Positions 35,796 through 45,231 of a DNA stretch of 64,000 nucleotides are shown here, in pieces. How positions within the stretch are numbered: the stretch's first letter is position 1; each line of letters begins with the position of its first letter. Source of the stretch: Bacilli bacterium (lineage in GTDB: Bacteria; Bacillota_I; Bacilli_A; RFN20; CAG-826); contig JAILIP010000009.1 in NCBI GenBank assembly GCA_024695235.1, positions 55,647-119,646 on the forward strand, read 5' to 3'. The notes below the pieces were generated by a model, which made no database searches, was not told the origin of the DNA, and saw nothing but the letters and a program-made list of their open reading frames with translations. A program made the translations under genes and the position numbers.

Positions 35796-37331
35796 ATGAA
35801 AAACAAATTGTATGCAAAACCTAAACAACTATTGGTGATTTCATCGATCGTTTTCGTGCTGGTTTTAGCAGCATCTGTTGTTTTATTCGTGCTTGGTTTC
35901 TTTACCGAACTCCCATTTATTGCATATATTTCCTTCGTGTTGTTACCACTCGCAGGTGCGTTCTTACTATTTTCAATTTTAAATTATGCGAAGAATGACA
36001 ATATGCTAAGAACACTTCAAATTGAAAACCAATATCAACTTGGCATCGGAAACTATTTCTTCAATTATCAAATGTTCTCTGAACGAGTAAAAAAATTACG
36101 TCGTAAACATGATCTTGATAAGACATATGTTATCGCATTCTCTGTATATAACATCCTCAGTAGTGGAACCATATCTTCATATCAAAGAAGATTGAATGGT
36201 TATATTGCATCATTTATTGGGGCAAAGGTTTTCCAAACCAAGATGGTAAACCCAAATGATATTGCTTTCTGTTTCCATAGAAACGTATTCATCGTGTATT
36301 CCTTTATGGATTTAGATAAGACTCGTGAATTAATCGAGATACTCCGTAAAGCAATATATGAAATCGTTAAAGAAAAGGAACTCAAAGTATTTGTTCAACC
36401 ACATTTTGGTGTTGCAGAAATTCTTCCTACAACAGACATTATCGTTGGAGTGGATAATGCCATCTTTGCTCGTAACGTAGATGAAAGAAACTTTGAAGAA
36501 TTGACATTCTACAAAGATGACTTCCGCGTCGAAACAAATAAAGATGAGATCGAAGAAATTAGAGATGCATTAAAGAACAATGAATTTGTTGTCTACTATC
36601 AACCAAAGTTTGATGTATCCAAAAAGAAATTTGTTGGCTTTGAAGCTCTTATTAGATGGAATTCACCTAGATATGGTTTACTCCTTCCGGGAAGATTTAT
36701 TGAAAAAGCTGAAATCGGTGGTCTAATCCATGAATTAGATATGTTCGTTCTTAGACAAGTTATTAAGGATTTAGAAAACCTTAAAGCAAGAAACATGAAT
36801 TTACTTCCTGTTTCTGTTAACTTCTCATTATATGAATTCTATTCCTCAGCATTTTTAACAGAATTAATTGAACTTATTGATAGATCTGCTTTAAAGCCAG
36901 AACTTATTGAAATTGAAATTACCGAAACTACAACCCAAGCCAATACATTCATGGCTACATCGATTCTTAATCGTCTCCGTAATCACGGACTCAAGATTTT
37001 AATGGATGATTTTGGAAGTGGATTCTCAAATCTTCTCCAACTTAATTCATTACCATTTGATGCAGTTAAGATTGATAAGTGCCTTATTGATGGAGTTGCC
37101 TCTGATCCTAAGACAAAAGAAATCGTTAAACTTGTTATTGGTTTATGCAAAGCCAATCAACTAGGCATTGTTGCAGAAGGTGTTGACTCCAAAGAAAAAG
37201 TCGATGTCTTAACCAAAATGGGTTGTGATGTCATCCAAGGATTCTACTATTCTGAACCTCTATCTCTATTAGAGGCCCTAGAATTTTTAGATGACAATCC
37301 GTTCACCAAGAAAGGAGGAAGTAAGAAATGA
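35796..37331 (+). CDS. Membrane-anchored c-di-GMP phosphodiesterase (degenerate GGDEF plus intact EAL)
   Basis: It has two N-terminal TM segments. The GGDEF-like domain has HRNVF in place of GGDEF. The EAL domain has all hallmark motifs: FEALIRW, VNFS, EIEITE, DDFGSGFS, KIDK, AEGVD and QGFYYS. Confidence 0.8.
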   Translation: MKNKLYAKPKQLLVISSIVFVLVLAASVVLFVLGFFTELPFIAYISFVLLPLAGAFLLFSILNYAKNDNMLRTLQIENQYQLGIGNYFFNYQMFSERVKKLRRKHDLDKTYVIAFSVYNILSSGTISSYQRRLNGYIASFIGAKVFQTKMVNPNDIAFCFHRNVFIVYSFMDLDKTRELIEILRKAIYEIVKEKELKVFVQPHFGVAEILPTTDIIVGVDNAIFARNVDERNFEELTFYKDDFRVETNKDEIEEIRDALKNNEFVVYYQPKFDVSKKKFVGFEALIRWNSPRYGLLLPGRFIEKAEIGGLIHELDMFVLRQVIKDLENLKARNMNLLPVSVNFSLYEFYSSAFLTELIELIDRSALKPELIEIEITETTTQANTFMATSILNRLRNHGLKILMDDFGSGFSNLLQLNSLPFDAVKIDKCLIDGVASDPKTKEIVKLVIGLCKANQLGIVAEGVDSKEKVDVLTKMGCDVIQGFYYSEPLSLLEALEFLDDNPFTKKGGSKK

Positions 37332-38077
37332 TTTTAATCATTGGAACAAATCATGATGATGTTCTTTACTATGAAAGCATTCTTTCATCTCCTAAAGAAG
37401 AAGTTATCCTAGATAAGTATCACGCACTCGTTGGAACAATCGCTTCTCAAGAAACAATGGTCCTTCAAGATGTGTATACATCATACTTATCAGGAATACT
37501 TGCAACATATATCATCAATCATTACTTCATTTCTTTAATCATCAATGTCGGTAGATGTGAAGCTATCTCTGATTCACTTAAAGTAGGGGATATAGTGCTC
37601 TCTGAATCTATTGTCTTTGGTGATGTCGATCAAATTGCCTCTTTGAAAGGTACGACCCTCGGTCAAATTCCTGGATATCCTCGTTCATTTGCGGTTCCAA
37701 ATAACCTAACTAGGAACTTATATACTTCTTTAGAGAAGATTGTTGATAAACGATTTGTTTTAGCAACATTTGTTTCCTCCTCGTTCTTTAGACAAAGCAA
37801 AGAAAGAGTAGGAGAAATTTCTAAGGATGAATATATTAACTCTCTAAATCAAAATATTGTCCTCGATGGAGAAAGTGCTGGCATCGCTTTAGTGAGTCAA
37901 CTCACACATGTTCCATTCATTGCTGTTAAAGTGGTGGAAGCTAAGGCTGGCAATTATACTTCCTTAGAAGATTACTTACTTGTTTTAGATGAGTATGCAC
38001 CTCTAGGCAAAGCTGTATCAAACTTCATTGGTGAGATTTCTCGTACTGATATTTTAAGAATAGGAGGTAAGTTCTAA
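37328..38077 (+). CDS. Divergent MTA/SAH-nucleosidase-fold (PNP_UDP_1) protein
   Basis: It is collinear with Pfs/MtnN (MILIIGTNHDDV, IINVG..., LKVGDIVLSE, GQIPGYP, LDGESAG, VPFIAVK), but several canonical residues are substituted: EME becomes DGE and RAISD becomes KVVEA. Confidence 0.55.
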   Translation: MILIIGTNHDDVLYYESILSSPKEEVILDKYHALVGTIASQETMVLQDVYTSYLSGILATYIINHYFISLIINVGRCEAISDSLKVGDIVLSESIVFGDVDQIASLKGTTLGQIPGYPRSFAVPNNLTRNLYTSLEKIVDKRFVLATFVSSSFFRQSKERVGEISKDEYINSLNQNIVLDGESAGIALVSQLTHVPFIAVKVVEAKAGNYTSLEDYLLVLDEYAPLGKAVSNFIGEISRTDILRIGGKF

Positions 38078-41000
38078 TGGCAAAAAAAGAAGTTATGTCT
38101 TTAAAGTCCTATTCTAAAAAGGCTTTACTAACCATTATCCTTTTATTCTTAATGGTGCTTATTCTTACCGGAGGAGTAATTGCTTCTATTTATCTAGTTT
38201 TAAACCAATTACTTCAAATTCTTATTTGTTCATTCCTAGTTTTAGGAATTCTTATTGCTCTTTTCTACATCGTCTTTATTGGTAAACGCTTATATGATCT
38301 TTTCTATAAGCAAGGAATTGAGATTACAACTCATAATATTCAAGCGTTATCAAATTTTGATAAGAGTTTTGACTATTATGAAGAAGATGAATATAAAGAA
38401 CTTAAAGATTTAAATACAACATTTAAAGATATTGCAAAAAACGTTGGGGGAAGAACAATTATCTCTCAAGGCCTTGCTCATCAAGAAGTGCCATTAAAGT
38501 ATGACGATGAGGCAAAACATTTTGTGAATGAATCATCTCTTATCAAGAATATGCATTCACTTATAATTGCTTCTGAATCATATCGAAATGCATTGATTGA
38601 TATTTCATATAACTTAGGCAAAGAGACAATTGAAGAAAAAAGTGTTTCTCGTATTTATAATACGATTAAAGAAAACCTTTCATATGAACATGTTCTAATT
38701 TCTTTTAAAGAAAACAAACAAGGATTTGTTGTATATGTTCCGGCATTTGATTCAATCAACCAATTAAAAGAAGAATTAGAATATATCATTAAAGATATTT
38801 CTCTAGTGAAAAAAGGCGGAACAACAAAACGTGCTGTAGTTGCGCACGTAAGTGTTGCTATTTATCCATATTCATCAATTGATAATCTTGTTAAAGACTT
38901 ATCTAAAGCTAGAAAAGAAAAGAAAGTTCTTAATATTTATATTCCAGAAAGAACATTTGAATTTAATAACAAATTGCTATTCTCTTCGATGAATATCAAT
39001 AACACAACTAAACTCATTGAAGATGTCTCATCAATTGTTCCAGATCCAAAACTATATGCATCTAATTTAACAAGAATTAAAAAGTGCATTGATAACACAT
39101 CTAACTATTATGGCTTTGATGCCGCAGGATATCTTGGATATGACAAAGATAACGAAAAATATATAAATGTATACTCATTCACATCTAAAGACGAAGTCAT
39201 ATTCAAAGATTCAGTCGATATATCTAAGAAATTTATCCAAACTCTTAACGCTGTTAAAGATAGCGATTCAAGTTACTACTTCTCAAGCAGAAAACATATT
39301 AATAACAGACTAGCGTTATATGTCGATCAATACCGCATCCGTTCAGGTTTATTTTACATCCTATCGCGTGATGATAAACCATTCGGTGTGTTATATTTCC
39401 TTAATCGTCATAAAGACTTATCCTTTGACGCATATATGAAGGAATCTTTGATTACTTCATGTCATGTCTTAGGTAGCGTTTTAGAAAAGATGGACGCAAG
39501 AAGAAATGTTAATGTTGCAGATAAGCGTCTCAGTGAGATATTAAAAATCTCTGGAATGACCCTATATTCGGTCAATAAGGCCAATTATGAGATTGTTAGG
39601 TATTCTCAATCACTTTTGCGTTTATTCCCGTCATTTGACCCTTCTATGCCTTGTTATAAGGCTCTATATGGTTTAAATAAACCTTGTAAGAACTGTCCAC
39701 TTAAGCAAAAACGTCATATGATAAGTGAAATTAATTCACATAAATATGAAGTATATCCTGTCTTTGCTAACAAGTATGATCCAACTGCTCACTTATTAAT
39801 TCAACCTCAAAAAGGTGATGATGTATCTGAAAGATTTGATGATGAAACATTACTTTCAAGCTTTGCTTCATTTAGAACGGATTTATCTAACCAATTGCTT
39901 TCTAACGTAAGTGGCAAGATTCTCCTACTTAAAGTCAAGAACATCAAAGATGTTATATCCTCAGTTAAAAACGGTGGATATGTCACACTTATCAAAGAGT
40001 TCTCTGATAGAGTATTAACTCATTATGTAGACTTTGCTGACGTATATCAATTTAATAGTTCAACGCTTGCGTTGATTCTTCATGATAAGAGCGATGAAGA
40101 CATCGTTTCTATCTGCCAAGAAATCTGTGATATTGTTCAATCAGAAAAGGTTGATGATACACATCTATCATTTATGTATTTAGTTAAGAACTACTCCGCT
40201 AATGATACAAATGACGCACTTCAAAAAACATTGCTTGATGCGCTTGATAAATACAAAGATGAAAATGAAGATGAAATCGTCTTTGTTGATACTGAATATA
40301 AGCGTAGTGCATCTTTAGACGGATACCTTCTTGAACAACTATTGTCCTCCTTTGGAGAAAAGACATATGATATGGAATTCACTCCATTATTATCAAACAA
40401 CACCCGTCTTGTTTATGGAGTTGAAATCACTCCTAATATTGTCGATAGAAATGTAAATAAACGATTAGATATTTCTAAGGCAATAGAAGTGGCACATAAT
40501 AAGGGCTTTGGAGACATCTATAGTGATGGAATGTTATTGTATTTAGATGATCTAATTAGTAGATATACGTATACCTTCTTTATGTCCACAGATATATCAT
40601 GTATGTCACTTAAAGTTGATCATAATTTCATCAATCAAGATCGCTTTATAGAGCATCTAAAAGAGATATATTCTAAGCATCAATTGCCTAAAGGATTTAT
40701 TGCCTTTGAGGTGAGTGAAGATGATGTCTACGAACACGAAAAAGAATACAAAGAAATCGTTAGAAAAGCTGCTCAAATTGGTGTTAATTTCATAGTCTAT
40801 GACTATGAAGGTAACAAATATACAGTTGCTTCATTAGGCGAACTTGGCTTTAAAGAAATTAAGTTCTCTAAGAAGATTTTGTCCTCTATTAATGATCGAG
40901 ATTCATATAACCAAACAACCTATATGTGGCTTGAAGCTATCAAGCAACAAATGAAGGTCAATTTCACTGGTGTTGAATCTCGTAAATCATCAGAAGCTAT

Positions 41001-41124
41001 CGTCTTTGAAGGTTACGATTGCGGAGTTCAAGGTGACTATTACTTCAAGCCAATGGATGAAGTAAAAGCCTTTGAAGTTATTAGAACTCGTAACATGAAA
41101 GACAAAGATAATCTTGATAACTAA
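38077..41124 (+). CDS. Large membrane-anchored protein with degenerate GGDEF and degenerate EAL domains (candidate c-di-GMP receptor)
   Basis: 1015 aa with two closely spaced N-terminal TM segments and a Cys motif PCYKALYGLNKPCKNCP. The GGDEF-like segment ILLLKVKNIKDV...VYQFNSSTLALILHD has no GGDEF. The EAL-like C-terminus has substituted motifs: GVEITPN for EAL, FEVSED, VYDYEGN for DDFGTG, IKFSK for KIDK, TGVES and QGDYYFKP. Confidence 0.55.
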   Translation: MAKKEVMSLKSYSKKALLTIILLFLMVLILTGGVIASIYLVLNQLLQILICSFLVLGILIALFYIVFIGKRLYDLFYKQGIEITTHNIQALSNFDKSFDYYEEDEYKELKDLNTTFKDIAKNVGGRTIISQGLAHQEVPLKYDDEAKHFVNESSLIKNMHSLIIASESYRNALIDISYNLGKETIEEKSVSRIYNTIKENLSYEHVLISFKENKQGFVVYVPAFDSINQLKEELEYIIKDISLVKKGGTTKRAVVAHVSVAIYPYSSIDNLVKDLSKARKEKKVLNIYIPERTFEFNNKLLFSSMNINNTTKLIEDVSSIVPDPKLYASNLTRIKKCIDNTSNYYGFDAAGYLGYDKDNEKYINVYSFTSKDEVIFKDSVDISKKFIQTLNAVKDSDSSYYFSSRKHINNRLALYVDQYRIRSGLFYILSRDDKPFGVLYFLNRHKDLSFDAYMKESLITSCHVLGSVLEKMDARRNVNVADKRLSEILKISGMTLYSVNKANYEIVRYSQSLLRLFPSFDPSMPCYKALYGLNKPCKNCPLKQKRHMISEINSHKYEVYPVFANKYDPTAHLLIQPQKGDDVSERFDDETLLSSFASFRTDLSNQLLSNVSGKILLLKVKNIKDVISSVKNGGYVTLIKEFSDRVLTHYVDFADVYQFNSSTLALILHDKSDEDIVSICQEICDIVQSEKVDDTHLSFMYLVKNYSANDTNDALQKTLLDALDKYKDENEDEIVFVDTEYKRSASLDGYLLEQLLSSFGEKTYDMEFTPLLSNNTRLVYGVEITPNIVDRNVNKRLDISKAIEVAHNKGFGDIYSDGMLLYLDDLISRYTYTFFMSTDISCMSLKVDHNFINQDRFIEHLKEIYSKHQLPKGFIAFEVSEDDVYEHEKEYKEIVRKAAQIGVNFIVYDYEGNKYTVASLGELGFKEIKFSKKILSSINDRDSYNQTTYMWLEAIKQQMKVNFTGVESRKSSEAIVFEGYDCGVQGDYYFKPMDEVKAFEVIRTRNMKDKDNLDN

Positions 41125-41144
41125 TTTAAATGATTATCTGAATG

Positions 41145-41167
41145 AGTAGGCTTATTGCCTACTTTTT
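41145..41167 (+). terminator. Intrinsic terminator ending operon 1
   Basis: AGTAGGC-ttatt-GCCTACT followed by TTTTT. Confidence 0.8.
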
Positions 41168-41279
41168 CGTATAAAGTTAATAATTTATCAAAAAGATATT
41201 TATTTAATTAAATTTCATAAATTAAATATATCAAAGATATATTTGAATGTGCATACATACTTATACGAGCAATATATAC

Positions 41280-41308
41280 TTGTATTGTGTGCGCATAGTA
41301 TATAAAAT
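41280..41308 (+). promoter_or_regulatory. Promoter TTGTAT-N17-TAAAAT driving riboswitch 2 and operon 2
   Basis: -35 at 41280-41285 and -10 at 41303-41308. The predicted start site lies approximately 10 nt upstream of the aptamer. Confidence 0.45.
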
Positions 41309-41324
41309 ATACTTGAACTTGATA

Positions 41325-41412
41325 AAGGCAAAACTACAGTGATGTAGTGACGCAAAGCTAAAGGGTCTTGATTAAGATAGCCAGTTGCCAATAATGGTGA
41401 CTGGCTTTTAAA
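41325..41412 (+). promoter_or_regulatory. c-di-GMP-I (GEMM-I)-like riboswitch 2, aptamer plus terminator-type expression platform
   Basis: GGCAAAACUACA-GUGA-UGUAGUGACGCAAAGCUAAAGGGUCUUGAUUAAGAUAGCCAGUUGCC (41327-41389). GGCAA/UUGCC closes P1. 57 of 63 positions are identical to copy 1, with one compensatory C-G to U-A change in the GNRA hairpin. 41379-41390 can alternatively pair with 41395-41406 (12 bp, loop AUAA) followed by UUUU. Confidence 0.75.
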
Positions 41413-41437
41413 AATATCAGTCAAGAAAGGTAAGCTA

Positions 41438-44400
41438 ATGAATCGTTTCCAAAAAAGAATAATGATCATCGCTGCAGCAATCTGCAATGTTTCGCTTACC
41501 CTTACAGCAGCTGGTGTTGCAACATATGCTTGGTTTAAAGCTAAAGCAAATCTTGTAGCCGTTTCAAATAATCTCTCAATCAGTGTTGCCGACCCTGATG
41601 AAAAATTTGAATATGACATTTATAAATATGATGATAACCTTAAGGCTGGCAAAAAATTTACTGATCCTAGTGATTTTACCTTGCCTGATTATGATACATA
41701 CATCACCGAGAAAAACGTTTACGCGAACTGCATCATACGCGCTGAAGTCACAGTCCCCTCATTAAATACATCCGATGAGTATTTCACCATTGATGTCACA
41801 AGACTTGCTTCAAACTACTTCATTACAAGTACAACAAAGGTTGATAAAAAGACATCTAATGTTATTCAATTAAAATCTGCTGTCTATTCTTTCTTAGAAA
41901 GTGGCGAAACCGATTTTACAGAAAACACTAATATGATTGGACACGGAGATATTGACGAAACCTCTCCTGCGACAATCTATTCAACTGTCAGTGACTATTT
42001 TGCCACTAAACAAACTCCAACAACATTCGTTCCTATTAGATATGATGATAATGGTAATCCTATTGTTAATCGTGGAGATGACGAGAACAAAAGAACCATT
42101 ACCCTTATTCCAGACTTACCTACAGGTTATACAATCACAAAGGTAATTATCTATCTCGAATGTTCTTATCACGAAGATTTAGTTGATAAGTATGTTGAGT
42201 CTAATTCTACAGATTCTGCTGCAACAAAATATGCACTTCAAGGCGATGTTTCGTCAATTGTTTTTTCACATAAAGAAAAAGTTGCAAAAACATCACAAGC
42301 AACTGGTAAATACATTAAGGTAGAATCTACTGCTGCTTTAGCTAACGGTCAGTATTTGCACGCGTACGAGACGGATGAATCCACAGGCGCCGCAAAACTT
42401 ATGAAGGGTAGTTTAGCAACCAGTGATAAAGCTGCTACCAACCCATCCGGAATCTTTGTAGCAGATAACATTAGAGATGCAACGATAAACTCACTACCAT
42501 CCAACGAGCCAAAATCAATTGACACCACCGACGCCATTGATAGTGATGCATTTGCTTACACTAAAAAGAGTGGTGAAAATTCTATAAATACATTTAAGTC
42601 AAAAGCTGGTTACTACATTGGTAACGATACCCAATCTAATGGTATTGCGACTAACGATGACTATGCCAATGGTTACAAACACCAAATTACTTTCAGTGGA
42701 GATCATGCAAACGTTGATGCTTATGGTACTGGCTCAAACAACATGAGATTAGGATACTATACATCTGGAAATGGCAGATTCTATTATCAAAAGGATTCTG
42801 GAAAACAAACAGACCTGTTTAGATATACCGAAAACGTTGCAGAAATGCCCACATTAACCGGTATAGAAATTACAACTGCAACAACTGCCACCTCATTCTA
42901 CACATCACAAAAATTTGCTATTACTAATTTAGTTGTAACAGCCACCTATTCCAATGACTCATCTGCAATAGTTACGAAGTCATGTACTTTCACTTCAGAT
43001 ACCGATCCAGCTACACTAGTGCCTGGCACTACTACTTTGAGCACTGTGACCCAATCAAAGAATATTTATGTCAGTTATTCTGAAGGCGGAGTAACGATTA
43101 ATGGTGAAGGTGTAGCTGCTTTAACATACACAATTAGTGTTGCTCAAGATGAACTAAATTCAATTTCTGCAACTGCTCCAACCAAATCTTATTATTTTGT
43201 CAATGAAGAGTTTTCATCAGCAGGCATGACTGTTACCGCTCATTATAAATCTGGCAATCCTGTCAACATTGAATTAAATAATCCTAATTTAACAATTACT
43301 GCTCCTAGCATGTCATCAGTTAGTGATCCATCTGTTAATGTCTCATATACTGATGGAGTTACAAAATCTACTACTGTTACAATTCACATTGTCGCAAGGT
43401 ACTTAAGCATCAATAAGAACAGTGCATCTGTTGCAGAGGGCGGAGATGTAACAATCACTGTAGATCATAATCAGGATGTCACAATCACAAATACTCCTGG
43501 AACTGGAACTGTTTCCTTAAATCCTAGTTCAATTGAGTACACAGGAACAAATAAGGCTAGAACAACCACTGATGTAACGGTTCATGGCGAGACAGCTGGC
43601 ACCGTAACTCTCACATTTTCTTCCAGTGGATGTTCACCTGTTTCATGCAATATTACTGTTACCGCTACACCTGCTGATGTGATTACTATGACCGCAGATG
43701 AAGTCATCACCGATTCGGGTTATAAGGCATATGCTACAAACATTTCAAAGGATTACAATGGTACAGGAAGTGAATCAAAAGGATGGCTTGTAACATTTGG
43801 CGGAAATAACTACACATTTGGTACAAATAATAATGCTACCAATTTTGATAATTGTAATTTGTCTTCGTATGACAAGTATGCTGTCAGTACAGTGGCAACT
43901 ACTTCAGAAACCGCTGCTGCGTTTGCAAATACGAGCGTGATGCACAAGATTAGGAATATCTCGTTCACATGTACTGGTGGTACAAATTTGAACACAACAA
44001 CCGCATATATAATCTATTCTGCTGATAATATTACTTTTTCAAAACCAACATTAGCTTCCGGTTCTACATCACAAGGTACTACTGTGACTTCTGGAACAAC
44101 GTATACCTTTAAATTTAATTCGGCATTGGCCGGATATTTTGCGATTGTATTTAAATCAAGTCTTTCTAGCGTTGGCAACTGGAAGATAGAGGGCCTATCT
44201 GTAACTTACAACCCTAAAGCTCTTGATCATATCGCTATCACTGGAGATGTTTCGAATAAATCTTACACAAGTGGACAATCGTTAAATATGTCAGGTTTAG
44301 TTGTTACAGCGTATTACACAGATAATACAAACGAAGTTGTAACAGGAAGTGCAACATTAACCTCTTCTGTAGATCCATTAACCACTGGTACTACATCAGT

Positions 44401-45220
44401 TACTGTTACTGCTTCTTACACATTCGGCAGCTCTACAGAGACGGCGACTAAGAGCGTTACTGGTTTAACAGTTACAGCACCGTCGACGCTAATAACTGCA
44501 ATTACTTTAACTGCTGCAAGTTCATCAATTGTAGCTGGGAATACTACAACAGTTACAATTGGAATTACACCAAGCAGCGCTTCGTCACAAAATATTACAG
44601 TCACTTTAACTGCTGGCGGCGGAACATATGGTAGATTTGATAATTCGACCGGCAGCACAACAACAAAAGATGTTCAATGTAGTAGTGGTTCTGGCTCGTT
44701 TACTGTTTATGGTGTTGCAGCTGGTTCATTCAAACTTCAAGCTGCAGCAAATGATGGATCTAGTATAACTTCCAATCAAATCACTATTACAGTTACCGCT
44801 CCATCCAGTATTACATTCACAACTAATAGATCTAATCTATCGCCAACTTGGTCTTCCTCTGGTACGTATACCGTTACTTCAAGCGGTGAGACTATAACGT
44901 TTAGTAATTTGACTGCATCCAGCAATAGTGATATTCAAATGGCAAAGAATTCCACAGCAACTAGTACTGAATTCTCAGGAAATATTTCTCAAATCATATT
45001 GTATGGTTGTGCACATACAGGTTCTAAGAGCGATGGTTCATTTACTGTTAGCGGTAGTGCGAATGGATCGTCGTGGACAGAGGTGTACTCAATTTCAAAT
45101 ATGAGTCCTTCTCAAGGAAACATCACTATTTCAGTTTCTTCGGGGTATAAGTATTTTAAAGTTACAGTTGGCAGCTCACGTGTCCTTAAGATTACTGGAA
45201 TTAAGGTTACATATTCATAA
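41438..45220 (+). CDS. Giant secreted adhesin-like protein with a SipW-cognate-like signal peptide, Ig-like repeats and two jelly-roll/CBM-like modules
   Basis: 1260 aa, N-terminus MNRFQKRIMIIAAAICNVSLTLTAAGVATYAWFKAKANL. It has repeated Ig-like units of the type L(T/D).I.(I/A)T...K.(Y/F)....(F/L)...G(L/M).VTA.Y and Big_2-like units (SASVAEGGDVTITV; IVAGNTTTVTIGITPSSAS). It has no LPXTG, no C-terminal TM segment and no lipobox. SD AAAGG lies upstream. Confidence 0.75.
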   Translation: MNRFQKRIMIIAAAICNVSLTLTAAGVATYAWFKAKANLVAVSNNLSISVADPDEKFEYDIYKYDDNLKAGKKFTDPSDFTLPDYDTYITEKNVYANCIIRAEVTVPSLNTSDEYFTIDVTRLASNYFITSTTKVDKKTSNVIQLKSAVYSFLESGETDFTENTNMIGHGDIDETSPATIYSTVSDYFATKQTPTTFVPIRYDDNGNPIVNRGDDENKRTITLIPDLPTGYTITKVIIYLECSYHEDLVDKYVESNSTDSAATKYALQGDVSSIVFSHKEKVAKTSQATGKYIKVESTAALANGQYLHAYETDESTGAAKLMKGSLATSDKAATNPSGIFVADNIRDATINSLPSNEPKSIDTTDAIDSDAFAYTKKSGENSINTFKSKAGYYIGNDTQSNGIATNDDYANGYKHQITFSGDHANVDAYGTGSNNMRLGYYTSGNGRFYYQKDSGKQTDLFRYTENVAEMPTLTGIEITTATTATSFYTSQKFAITNLVVTATYSNDSSAIVTKSCTFTSDTDPATLVPGTTTLSTVTQSKNIYVSYSEGGVTINGEGVAALTYTISVAQDELNSISATAPTKSYYFVNEEFSSAGMTVTAHYKSGNPVNIELNNPNLTITAPSMSSVSDPSVNVSYTDGVTKSTTVTIHIVARYLSINKNSASVAEGGDVTITVDHNQDVTITNTPGTGTVSLNPSSIEYTGTNKARTTTDVTVHGETAGTVTLTFSSSGCSPVSCNITVTATPADVITMTADEVITDSGYKAYATNISKDYNGTGSESKGWLVTFGGNNYTFGTNNNATNFDNCNLSSYDKYAVSTVATTSETAAAFANTSVMHKIRNISFTCTGGTNLNTTTAYIIYSADNITFSKPTLASGSTSQGTTVTSGTTYTFKFNSALAGYFAIVFKSSLSSVGNWKIEGLSVTYNPKALDHIAITGDVSNKSYTSGQSLNMSGLVVTAYYTDNTNEVVTGSATLTSSVDPLTTGTTSVTVTASYTFGSSTETATKSVTGLTVTAPSTLITAITLTAASSSIVAGNTTTVTIGITPSSASSQNITVTLTAGGGTYGRFDNSTGSTTTKDVQCSSGSGSFTVYGVAAGSFKLQAAANDGSSITSNQITITVTAPSSITFTTNRSNLSPTWSSSGTYTVTSSGETITFSNLTASSNSDIQMAKNSTATSTEFSGNISQIILYGCAHTGSKSDGSFTVSGSANGSSWTEVYSISNMSPSQGNITISVSSGYKYFKVTVGSSRVLKITGIKVTYS

Positions 45221-45231
45221 AAGGAGAAAAG

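Noticed and set aside
41215-41619. 134-aa minus-strand ORF spanning the riboswitch-2 region and the 5' end of the 41438 gene
   Set aside because: It overlaps a structured leader RNA and the well-supported signal-peptide coding region on the other strand. It has no SD or recognisable motifs. It is an AT-rich antisense artefact.
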